Below, in pieces: positions 9,287 to 16,949 of a stretch of DNA of 32,000 nucleotides. The DNA is from Candidatus Nanoarchaeia archaeon (GTDB lineage: Archaea > Nanobdellota > Nanobdellia > Woesearchaeales > JANQNC01): positions 270,001 through 302,000 of the forward strand of contig JANQNC010000001.1 in assembly GCA_028279745.1 (NCBI GenBank), in the 5' to 3' direction. The position numbers were made by a program, and so were the translations under genes. Position 1 is the stretch's first letter. Every line of letters begins with the position of its first letter. The notes under the pieces are model-generated. The model was not told the origin of the DNA. It was given only the letters and a program-made list of their open reading frames with translations, and searched no databases.

Positions 9287-10339
9287 ATGAAAATTGCAAT
9301 AGTTGGTTTAGGACAAATTGCTGACGCACATATCTGCGAGATAAAAAAGATAAAAGGCTGCAAAGTAGTGGGTATCTGTGATAAAGTCAACTCTATACTG
9401 ACCATGTTTTCGCAGAGACACGGAATAAAAAACAAGTATACCGAATTTAAGACTATGCTCAAAGAAACAGAGCCCGATGTTGTACATATAACCACCCCTC
9501 CCCCCTCCCACTTCAGTTTAGGCAAAGAAGCAATACGACAAGGCTGCAGCACATACATAGAAAAACCATTCACTCTTTCACTAAATGAAACTGAAGAACT
9601 AATAACGCTTGCAAATAAGAAAAAAGTTAAACTTTGTGTAGGGACAGACTGTCTTTATTATACTGCCATGTATAAAGCGATGGAGTTTGTTAAAAAAGGA
9701 AAAATTGGGAGGGTCACACACATCGAAACAGTAATGAGTTATGACCTAACTGGAATCTTTGGAAAAGTCTTCTTATCAAATCCTTCCCATTGGGTGAATA
9801 AACTACCTGGAAAACTATTCCAGAACATAATCTCCCACCCTCTTTCCGCAATAGTCCCATTCATAGGTGATACGTACAAAACTTTTGCTTGGGCAAGTGA
9901 CTTTTCAGAAAATGGAATGGTTAGTGATGAGTTGAGACTTCAAATATTCAATGAAAAAGAAAAAATCACTGCTTCACTTGTTTTTACTTCAAACATAAAA
10001 CCTGCCACGTTTCAAGTAAGATATTATGGCACAAAAAAATCAGTATACTTCGATAATATATTAAATACTTTGTCTATTGAAAAAACCCCCTCAATTCCAA
10101 GCAGGATAGGTGAACTCATAAAAATCAAAAATAACATTACCAGTTTGAAAAAACAATTATGGCATATGCTAAAAGGATATTTTACTGGGAAAGAACAATA
10201 TTTTTCTGGTATGAACCGGATGATAAGTACATTTTATGATTCAATAAAACACAACACACAACCACCCGTAAGCTACACAGAATTAAGAAGAACTGCAAAA
10301 ATAATGGACGAGATGATTGTCCAACTGAGGCGAAAATGA
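9287..10339 (+). CDS. Gfo/Idh/MocA family NAD(P)-dependent sugar oxidoreductase
   Basis: Rossmann N-terminus MKIAIVGLGQIADAHICEI and the EKP motif (YIEKPFTLS). ATG 9287 is preceded by GAGGAG. The track start at 9263 is a TTG that overlaps the upstream gene. Confidence 0.8.
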   Translation: MKIAIVGLGQIADAHICEIKKIKGCKVVGICDKVNSILTMFSQRHGIKNKYTEFKTMLKETEPDVVHITTPPPSHFSLGKEAIRQGCSTYIEKPFTLSLNETEELITLANKKKVKLCVGTDCLYYTAMYKAMEFVKKGKIGRVTHIETVMSYDLTGIFGKVFLSNPSHWVNKLPGKLFQNIISHPLSAIVPFIGDTYKTFAWASDFSENGMVSDELRLQIFNEKEKITASLVFTSNIKPATFQVRYYGTKKSVYFDNILNTLSIEKTPSIPSRIGELIKIKNNITSLKKQLWHMLKGYFTGKEQYFSGMNRMISTFYDSIKHNTQPPVSYTELRRTAKIMDEMIVQLRRK

Positions 10340-11343
10340 GAATACTAGTTACGGGTGCAAACGGTTTTTTGGGCAGAAATACAGTAGAACACCTCTTAAG
10401 GTTAAAGAAAAAAGAAGATAAAATAAAATGCCTAGTAAGACATAAAAGCTCAACTAATGGCCTAGACAAACTACTTGTTAAGATCATACGCGGAAGCCTT
10501 AATGAAAAAAAAGATATACAAAAAGCAATACAAAAAGTTGACACAATAATACACTTAGCTGCAACAGGCTCGGGAAGTCCTGTAGGGATGTTTTCAGAAA
10601 CGGTCGCCTCTACAGAAAGATTGTTTGATGAAATAAAAGAGAGCGACGTAAAAAAAGTTGTAATGATAAGCTCGTTTTCAGTATATGAAATAAATAAGAC
10701 AAGAAGAGGTTCAGTTATTACTGAGAAAACACCTATCGAATCACACCCTGAAAAGCGTGACGCGTATGCATGGTCTAAATATCATCAAGAAATAATAGCA
10801 AAAAATAAAGCAGATGAGCTGGGAATAAATCTAATAATACTAAGGCCCAGCGTGATATATGGTGAAGAAACTAATCTTTTATGCCGTAGAATAGGACAAC
10901 AAATTCCCGGTCTTCCTTTCTTTGCAGTAGGCAGATCTGCCAAAGTTCCGTTAATATACATCAGAGACTGCGCGGAAGCTGTTGCGTTAGCATGCATTAA
11001 TCAAAAGATAAACAATGAAATAATTAACATCGTAGGAGACAACCTGCCAACTCAGTCACAATATCTAAAGGAGTACCAAAAGACATTTGGAAAAATAAAA
11101 AATAATATTTTTGTGCCTTTCCCCATATTCTACCTGGCTTGCTGGGTAGGGGAAATATTAAACAAAAATACAAGAGGTAACTTCCCAAATGTATACACAA
11201 GATACAAAGCAGCCAGCTACAAACCATTTGAATACTCAAACAAAAAAGCTAAAAAACTTTTGGGCTGGATACCTAAAACGTCAGTAACACAGGGCTTGAA
11301 AAAAAGTCTTATGCATATAAAACAAGCAGGCAACATAAAATGA
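10336..11343 (+). CDS. NAD-dependent nucleotide-sugar epimerase/dehydratase (extended SDR)
   Basis: MRILVTGANGFLGRNTVEHL (GxxGxxG) and the catalytic YAWSK (YxxxK). ATGA overlaps at both ends. Confidence 0.85.
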   Translation: MRILVTGANGFLGRNTVEHLLRLKKKEDKIKCLVRHKSSTNGLDKLLVKIIRGSLNEKKDIQKAIQKVDTIIHLAATGSGSPVGMFSETVASTERLFDEIKESDVKKVVMISSFSVYEINKTRRGSVITEKTPIESHPEKRDAYAWSKYHQEIIAKNKADELGINLIILRPSVIYGEETNLLCRRIGQQIPGLPFFAVGRSAKVPLIYIRDCAEAVALACINQKINNEIINIVGDNLPTQSQYLKEYQKTFGKIKNNIFVPFPIFYLACWVGEILNKNTRGNFPNVYTRYKAASYKPFEYSNKKAKKLLGWIPKTSVTQGLKKSLMHIKQAGNIK

Positions 11344-12458
11344 AAAATAAACCCAAAATTATAACCATATCCACACAATTCCCAAACCCCCGAGATCATT
11401 CTAGGGGAGTTTATGTATTAAATAGACTAAAAGCAATGCAAAAATACTTTGATGTAGAAGTAATTTCCCCCCTGCCTTGGTTTCCTTTCGTAAAGAAGAA
11501 CAGACCAAGAAGAATGCCTTCTTCAGGAATAGTTCAAGGAATCAAAATTCATTACCCTAGGTTCTTCTCCATCCCAAAGTTCTTTAAATTCCTAGATGGG
11601 TGGTTCTTCTATCTTTCATTGAAAAAATTCGAAGAAAAAATAAAAGAATCAGATATTGTTGATGCTCATTTTGCGTGGCCTGAAGGGTATGCTGCATGGT
11701 TACTTACAAGGAAAATAAATAAAAAGCTTTCAGTCACATTACGAGGCAGCGATATCAACGTTAAACTTCAACAAAGACTGCTAGGTGAGAGAATTTCTGG
11801 GATGTTGATTGGGGCAGACAAAATTATATCTGTAAGCCAGAAACTAAAAAATAAGGCTCTGCAAAAGGTGGAACGAGAGATTGAAGTAGCATCAAATGGA
11901 GTAAACACTTCAATTTTTAATCCTTTAGGTAAAAAGAAATCCAGAACTGAATTAAACCTGCCTTCAAACAAAAAAATAATCCTTTCTGTGGGGAGACCCT
12001 ACAAACTAAAAGGGTTTTATGAATTAGCTGAAGCAGTTAAGGGCTTGGATGTTTTACTAGTTTTAATAGGTGATGACAAAGATGGAAGAGTTAAATTCAT
12101 TAATTTCCTTAAACGTCAAAACATAACAAATGTCAAGATTATCAAAAAGGTAAAACACGAAGACCTTTACAAATGGTATTCGGCCGCAGACCTATTCGTT
12201 CTTGCAAGCCATAGAGAAGGCTGGCCGAATGTCGTTATGGAAGCGTTGGCATGCGGCAAACCTTGTGTTGTTACAAAAGATGCTGCAGGAGAATTCATAA
12301 CAAAAGATTTAGGATTTATCACAGATTATTCAAATCTTTCTAATATCATTGTTGAAGCTTTAAACCACAAATGGAATGAAAAAAAGATAGTTAGTTTCGC
12401 CAGACAAAACAGTTGGGAACAAACTGCAAAGAAAGTTTACGAACACCTCATAAAATGA
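11340..12458 (+). CDS. Glycosyltransferase family 4 (GT-B fold)
   Basis: C-terminal region HREGWPNVVMEALACGKPCVVTKDAAGEFI (E-x7-E type). Lies in the operon with ATGA overlaps at both ends. Confidence 0.8.
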   Translation: MKNKPKIITISTQFPNPRDHSRGVYVLNRLKAMQKYFDVEVISPLPWFPFVKKNRPRRMPSSGIVQGIKIHYPRFFSIPKFFKFLDGWFFYLSLKKFEEKIKESDIVDAHFAWPEGYAAWLLTRKINKKLSVTLRGSDINVKLQQRLLGERISGMLIGADKIISVSQKLKNKALQKVEREIEVASNGVNTSIFNPLGKKKSRTELNLPSNKKIILSVGRPYKLKGFYELAEAVKGLDVLLVLIGDDKDGRVKFINFLKRQNITNVKIIKKVKHEDLYKWYSAADLFVLASHREGWPNVVMEALACGKPCVVTKDAAGEFITKDLGFITDYSNLSNIIVEALNHKWNEKKIVSFARQNSWEQTAKKVYEHLIK

Positions 12459-13561
12459 AAATAGCAATACTGATTCACGATCTTAATCTAGAAGGCATCG
12501 CTCAAATGGTTACCTACTTAACCTCTACCTTAACCAATCACGAGTTTATCATAATATGTAACGAAGTTCTGTCAGATCCCGGAGTAAAAAACGCAAAAAT
12601 CTACGAGTTAAAAAAAAAGATAAAACATAAAGCCTCATTTAACCTTCTGAATCTTATTAGAGAAACCTCAAAAATAATAAGAAAAGAAAAGCCAGACCTC
12701 ATACACTTACAGGATATACCTCTGATCCTAAGGGTTAAAAACTTTCCAAAAAAAAGAACCATATGTACAATACACCGAAGCTACTCAGATAAAGGGATAA
12801 TGAAAAAAATCTTTCAAAACATTCTCTCAAGAAAAATAAGATATTTGATCTCTGTAGGAAGAATTACTAAACAAAGTCTCAAGCGTAATTTGGGCATATC
12901 CCAAAAAAAGATAAAACTTGTGATGAACGGTATCGATTTAGATAAGTTCAACAATAAATTTGACTTGAAAAAAATTAGAAAAGATCTAGGACTGAAAAAA
13001 AATGAAAAAGTCATGTCTATAATTGCAGGCATAAGGGAGGAAAAAGACCACCTAACCCTAATAAGAGCATTTAAAAAAATAGTTTATACTGAACAAAATG
13101 TTAAACTGCTTATAGTTGGGGGAGGGTTAGCTGAACAAGTAAATAAAATAAGAAAAGAGATAGCTGACAATGGGTTAACAGATAAAGTCAAACTTTTAGG
13201 AGAAAGAAGGGACATAGACAAACTACTGGGAATAACAGACATATCTGTGTTAAGCTCAAGAATTGAAGCATTACCTATGACCCTTCTTGAATCCATGGCG
13301 TCATCTAATCCAATTGTAGCAACAAGTGTTGGAGGAAATTCTGAACTTATAGTTGATGGGGTTAACGGCTTTCTAGTTCCACCAAAAAACCCCTCAGCAC
13401 TTGCTTCTGCTTTGTTGAGACTGCTTTCTGATTCTAAGCTAAGGAGTAAGATGGGAAAAGAAGGAAGAAAAAGAGTTGAGAAATATTTTTCAACAGAAAG
13501 AATGTGTAAAGAGTATGAACAGATTTACGAAAGTATTTTACCAAAAACCAGTGACCGATAA
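12455..13561 (+). CDS. Glycosyltransferase family 4 (GT-B fold)
   Basis: N-terminus MKIAILIHDLNLEGIAQ and C-terminal signature IEALPMTLLESMASSNPIVATSVGGNSELIVDGVNGFLVPPKNPSAL. I set the start at ATG 12455 (ATGA overlap) rather than the track's TTG at 12413. Confidence 0.85.
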   Translation: MKIAILIHDLNLEGIAQMVTYLTSTLTNHEFIIICNEVLSDPGVKNAKIYELKKKIKHKASFNLLNLIRETSKIIRKEKPDLIHLQDIPLILRVKNFPKKRTICTIHRSYSDKGIMKKIFQNILSRKIRYLISVGRITKQSLKRNLGISQKKIKLVMNGIDLDKFNNKFDLKKIRKDLGLKKNEKVMSIIAGIREEKDHLTLIRAFKKIVYTEQNVKLLIVGGGLAEQVNKIRKEIADNGLTDKVKLLGERRDIDKLLGITDISVLSSRIEALPMTLLESMASSNPIVATSVGGNSELIVDGVNGFLVPPKNPSALASALLRLLSDSKLRSKMGKEGRKRVEKYFSTERMCKEYEQIYESILPKTSDR

Positions 13562-13714
13562 GCTTATAAACTAATTATTCTCAGATCAAGTTATAGCAAT
13601 TTGAAAAAATAGTAACAAAAGGTAGTTTTGATGGATGAAGTGAAGATAATAAAGCAGAAATGTAGATCTCTAACTGAAGAAGAAGACATAGACTGGCTGA
13701 TGAGATGGAAATAG

Positions 13715-13731
13715 TTAGCCAGGTAGGCTAA
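13715..13731 (+). promoter_or_regulatory. Short hairpin immediately upstream of the alkD-like start
   Basis: TTAGCC-aggta-GGCTAA (6-bp stem, 5-nt loop), followed by an A run and ATG 13738. No SD is visible for this gene. Confidence 0.3.
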
Positions 13732-13737
13732 AAAAAA

Positions 13738-14436
13738 ATGTCAGTAGCACAGCTAAAGAAAGACTTACTCGCAGAGGTAAAACCTGGCAAAAAGGCAGCT
13801 TTAGAGAGATTCTTCAAGACAGGTAAAGGCCAGTATGGAGAAGGTGATGTTTTCTTAGGGGTTATGGTTCCTGAACAAAGGAAAGTTGCAAAGAAGTATT
13901 CTGAGTTAAGTTTAAAGGGAATAAAGACCTTATTGTATAGCAAGATACATGAGCATAGGTTGGTGAGTTTATTTATTCTTATTGACAAATACAAAAGGTC
14001 TGATGAAAAAGGAAAAAAAGAGATATACAACTTTTATCTTAAGAATACAAAACAAGTAAACAACTGGGATTTGGTGGATCTATCAGCACATAAGATCGTT
14101 GGAGATTATCTGCTTGATAAAGACCGAAAGATATTGTATAAACTAGTTAAGTCTAAGAACTTGTGGGAAAGAAGAATCTCAATAATATCCACATTTGCAT
14201 TTACAGACAAGAAAGACTTCAAAGACGCAATAAAAATATGCGAAATACTGCTAAAAGACAAACATGACTTAATACACAAAGCAACCGGATGGGTATTAAG
14301 AGAGATAGGCAAGAAAGACCAAAAAGTTTTGGAAGGATTTTTAAAGAAATACAACAAAGTAATGCCAAGAACAATGTTAAGATACTCAATAGAAAGACTA
14401 AGTGAAGCTAAAAGGAAGTTTTACATGAAAAAATAG
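13738..14436 (+). CDS. DNA alkylation repair protein (AlkD/AlkC-like HEAT-repeat DNA glycosylase family)
   Basis: ERFFKTGKGQYGEGDVFLGVMVPEQRKVAKKY, NNWDLVD, NLWERRISIIST and HKATGWVLREIGKKD match the DNA_alkylation family along the whole length. Confidence 0.8.
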   Translation: MSVAQLKKDLLAEVKPGKKAALERFFKTGKGQYGEGDVFLGVMVPEQRKVAKKYSELSLKGIKTLLYSKIHEHRLVSLFILIDKYKRSDEKGKKEIYNFYLKNTKQVNNWDLVDLSAHKIVGDYLLDKDRKILYKLVKSKNLWERRISIISTFAFTDKKDFKDAIKICEILLKDKHDLIHKATGWVLREIGKKDQKVLEGFLKKYNKVMPRTMLRYSIERLSEAKRKFYMKK

Positions 14437-14447
14437 GAGGAAACAAA

Positions 14448-14729
14448 ATGGAAGAAGCAAAAAAACACTTTACTGAAGAGGAAGCAAAAGAGATAGGTGA
14501 AAAATTAGGGATAAAATGGGATAAGTTTGATGTTGATCAGTTCAGAAGAGGCATGGATGTTGAGTTAGAGCATGGAAAAAGAGATAGTGAAACAAATGTA
14601 ACAAATGATAATGCCTTGCCTACTGGAAAAATTGCTCTAGCACATCTGAATGAATTCCCCGACTATTATGATCGGTTAGAAAAAATGGAAGAAGAAGCTG
14701 AAAAGTATTGGGAAGAGAAAGAAAACTAA
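14448..14729 (+). CDS. Small acidic conserved protein of unknown function (possibly DUF5661-like)
   Basis: Strong SD (TAGGAGGAAAC) just upstream of the ATG, which lies 11 nt after the upstream stop. 93 aa, with 27 Asp+Glu by my count. The motif GMDVELEHG...TGKIALAHLNEFPDYYDRLEKME recalls the DUF5661 family, from memory only. Confidence 0.6.
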   Translation: MEEAKKHFTEEEAKEIGEKLGIKWDKFDVDQFRRGMDVELEHGKRDSETNVTNDNALPTGKIALAHLNEFPDYYDRLEKMEEEAEKYWEEKEN

Positions 14730-14731
14730 AA

Positions 14732-15229
14732 TTATTCTTTTTGTTTTGCCTTTTCATAACAGCTAGCCCATAACGTTTCAAGATAGTTAAGCCTTTTGTT
14801 TAAAAGCTCGTTTTCTTTGACAGGATCATCAGAACTGATGTCAATATGATTCTGGTTAAGCTTGCCTTCTAATAGCCCAATCCTTCTCCCAACCGTATGT
14901 GCAGAAGAGCTATACATCGCATCAAGGTGAGATCTGTGAACACTTGTTATAACAACATTCTCAACATTCTCGGTTATAACTGGAACATCATCTATAAACA
15001 CAGCAGATTTAACCCACTCAGACTCAAGATAGTTAAGTCTTGCTTCCAACTGATTCTCTCTATCCTCAGCATCCCAAGCAATCTCAACATGTTCACAACC
15101 TAATTCATTTTCCAATATACATATCTGCCTTGCAGCATTATGTGCTCGAGCATGATCATAACGAGAATTAAGATATCTCCTGTGTTTCTCTTCCATTTTT
15201 ATTTCAGTTGTACTTGTCATATTTTCCAT
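14732..15229 (-). CDS. Hypothetical protein with two internal ~57-aa helical repeats
   Basis: Repeats span aa 16-72 and 98-154, counted from ATG 15229. My hand alignment gives 24 identical positions, and both repeats end RLNYLE-x2-W. ATG 15229 is preceded by GGTGG with 5-nt spacing. The ORF track begins at GTG 15238, which remains possible. I recognise no family. Confidence 0.6.
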   Translation of the reverse strand: MENMTSTTEIKMEEKHRRYLNSRYDHARAHNAARQICILENELGCEHVEIAWDAEDRENQLEARLNYLESEWVKSAVFIDDVPVITENVENVVITSVHRSHLDAMYSSSAHTVGRRIGLLEGKLNQNHIDISSDDPVKENELLNKRLNYLETLWASCYEKAKQKE

Positions 15230-15256
15230 CAAAACCACCAGTTTGTGAGATTAATC

Positions 15257-15273
15257 AGTTATATATAAAGTTT
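15257..15273 (-). promoter_or_regulatory. TATA-box-like element for the duplicated-repeat protein gene
   Basis: The minus strand reads AAACTTTATATATAACT, about 25-35 nt upstream of the GTG 15238 / ATG 15229 starts. Confidence 0.35.
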
Positions 15274-15280
15274 GCCGCAA

Positions 15281-15290
15281 TTTTTATAAA
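15281..15290 (+). promoter_or_regulatory. TATA-box-like element for the VOC-DUF362-ferredoxin operon
   Basis: TTTTTATAAA lies about 40 nt upstream of ATG 15328, which leaves room for a short leader carrying GAGGTGAT. Confidence 0.35.
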
Positions 15291-15327
15291 GCAAATAAAC
15301 AAGGTAATGATATCGAGAGGTGATATC

Positions 15328-15705
15328 ATGCCAAGAGTAGTACACTTCGATCTTCCAGCAGAAGATCCAGAAAAACTAAAAGGATTCTATGAACAAGTGT
15401 TTGGATGGAAATTTGAGAAATGGGATGACCCATCAGGGCAGATGGAATACTGGTTAATAACCACAGGGGAAGAAAATGAACCAGGTATCAACGGAGGGAT
15501 GGGAAAAAGAAAAGATGCTAATGAACAGATAGCAAACACGATAGGCGTTCCGAACGTTGATGAGTATATCAAAAAAGTAGAAGAAAATGGTGGAGAAATA
15601 CTAATGCAGAAAATGGCAATTCCAGGCATTGGATGGATATCAAGTTTCAAAGATCCTCAAGGAAATAAGCACATGATAATGCAAGATGACAAAGAAGCAA
15701 AATGA
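15328..15705 (+). CDS. VOC (glyoxalase/bleomycin-resistance/dioxygenase fold) family protein
   Basis: MPRVVHFDLPAEDPEKLKGFYEQVFGWKFEKW and the C-terminal GWISSFKDPQGNKHMIMQ are typical of single-domain VOC proteins. I moved the start to ATG 15328, which is preceded by GAGGTGAT. The track's upstream extension runs through the promoter region. Confidence 0.8.
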   Translation: MPRVVHFDLPAEDPEKLKGFYEQVFGWKFEKWDDPSGQMEYWLITTGEENEPGINGGMGKRKDANEQIANTIGVPNVDEYIKKVEENGGEILMQKMAIPGIGWISSFKDPQGNKHMIMQDDKEAK

Positions 15706-16625
15706 GTAATGTATATCTAGTCAAGGGAGAAAGTAGAAAAGAAAACGTTAAACAAGCAGTTAAGTTAGCGGAAGCTGAATACTTGGAAAAGTTAAAGAAA
15801 TCAAAAAGCATTCTGATCAAAGTAAACTTCGTAAGCAGTGACAAACAGCTAGCAGCAACACATGTAGATGCAGTAAAAGGAACAATTGAAGCACTGAGAG
15901 AACACACAGATGCACCAATAAGCGTGGGGGATGCAGCTTACAAAGACACAGACGATGCGTTCAGAAACTTTGGGTATAATGAGCTTGAGGAGAATTATGA
16001 GAATGTTACACTGATAGATCTTAATAGAAGCGAAGCTACAGATTTTGAACTTTACACCGCTGAAAAAGCAAAGAGAAAGATCAAGATTTCTAAGACTGCT
16101 CTGAATTTTGACTTTAAAGTGTCATTGGCAATAATGAAAACACACTGTGATGTAATAACCACATTATCAATAAAGAACTGGTCTGTAGGAATAATGCTTC
16201 CAGGACTAAACGAGAACCAGATGCACACCAGATGTCACTACATACATGAAGATGACTTCGCAACAGTAAATAAGAATACACTAAAAGTAACAAAAGAACA
16301 TCCTTTTGATTTGGGAATCATAGATGGATTTGAAGCGATGGAAGGTGACGGACCTGCGATGGGCACACCAAAAGAGATGAAAGTTGCATTAGCAGGAGTT
16401 GATTTTGTTGAGTTAGATGCAGTTGCAACAGAGATAATGGGATTCAAAGCTTCAGATATAGGATACCTGTTTATAGCAAACAAAGAAGGAATGGGTGAAA
16501 TTGAGCTAGACAAGATAAATGTTGAAGGTAACGTAAGCGTTGAAGATGTTAAGACTAAATTTGAGAATCCAAAGAAGTATGAAGAACAACTCAAATGGAA
16601 GGAACAGTTAACGAAAGATTTATAA
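15702..16625 (+). CDS. DUF362 domain protein
   Basis: ILIKVNFVSSDKQLAATHVDAVKGTIEALRE and IIDGFEAMEGDGPAMGTPKEMKVALAGVDFVELDAVATEIMGF match the two conserved DUF362 blocks. ATGA overlap with the VOC gene. Confidence 0.75.
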   Translation: MSNVYLVKGESRKENVKQAVKLAEAEYLEKLKKSKSILIKVNFVSSDKQLAATHVDAVKGTIEALREHTDAPISVGDAAYKDTDDAFRNFGYNELEENYENVTLIDLNRSEATDFELYTAEKAKRKIKISKTALNFDFKVSLAIMKTHCDVITTLSIKNWSVGIMLPGLNENQMHTRCHYIHEDDFATVNKNTLKVTKEHPFDLGIIDGFEAMEGDGPAMGTPKEMKVALAGVDFVELDAVATEIMGFKASDIGYLFIANKEGMGEIELDKINVEGNVSVEDVKTKFENPKKYEEQLKWKEQLTKDL

Positions 16626-16670
16626 TTGAAAAATTTCAGTTTAAATAAATTATAATAAAAAGGTGATAAA

Positions 16671-16925
16671 ATGGCAAAGATAAAAACAGAAGACAAAGAA
16701 TTAGAGTTAGAGGATGGTGTACCAATAGCAGATACTTGTGAACAGCTTGGAGTTCCACTAAGCTGCAGAGAAGGAGTTTGTGGCGTGTGCAGAATCGAAG
16801 TACTAGAAGGCATGGAAAACTTAAGCCCAAAAACAGAAAAAGAAGAAGAAATGGGTTTAGGAGATAATGAGAGATTAGCGTGCCAGTGCAAGATCAATTC
16901 AGGAGAAATAAAGATTAAGTTCTAA
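16671..16925 (+). CDS. [2Fe-2S] ferredoxin (plant/vertebrate-type fold)
   Basis: 84 aa. Cys spacing C-x4-C-x2-C (SCREGVCGVC) plus a distal LACQC. SD AAAGGTGAT lies upstream. Confidence 0.8.
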   Translation: MAKIKTEDKELELEDGVPIADTCEQLGVPLSCREGVCGVCRIEVLEGMENLSPKTEKEEEMGLGDNERLACQCKINSGEIKIKF

Positions 16926-16927
16926 AC

Positions 16928-16949
16928 TTATTTTTTCTTTTTATCTTTT
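16928..16949 (+). terminator. Oligo-T tract, candidate archaeal-type terminator for the VOC-DUF362-ferredoxin operon
   Basis: TTATTTTTTCTTTTTATCTTTT lies directly after the ferredoxin stop. On the other strand the same bases encode the Lys-rich C-terminus of the convergent methyltransferase. Confidence 0.3.

Noticed and set aside
2-13561. Calling the glycan island a mobile or recently transferred genomic island
   Set aside because: The visible edges show no integrase, flanking tRNA or direct repeats, and I cannot compute compositional skew here. The left boundary is outside the window. A bacterial origin for individual genes remains a hypothesis (see findings), not a mobile-element call.
15208-15327. 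Track N-terminal extension of the VOC protein (start at 15208)
   Set aside because: The extension overlaps the divergent gene's 5' end and both TATA-like boxes. A canonical VOC N-terminus begins at ATG 15328, directly after GAGGTGAT.
16238-16897. 219-aa minus-strand ORF spanning the DUF362 3' end, the intergenic gap and most of the ferredoxin gene
   Set aside because: The product is low-complexity and Ser/Phe/Leu-rich, as expected from the antisense of Glu/Lys-rich, purine-rich coding sequence. It has no recognisable motif, no SD and no TATA box. Both sense-strand genes carry strong family signatures.
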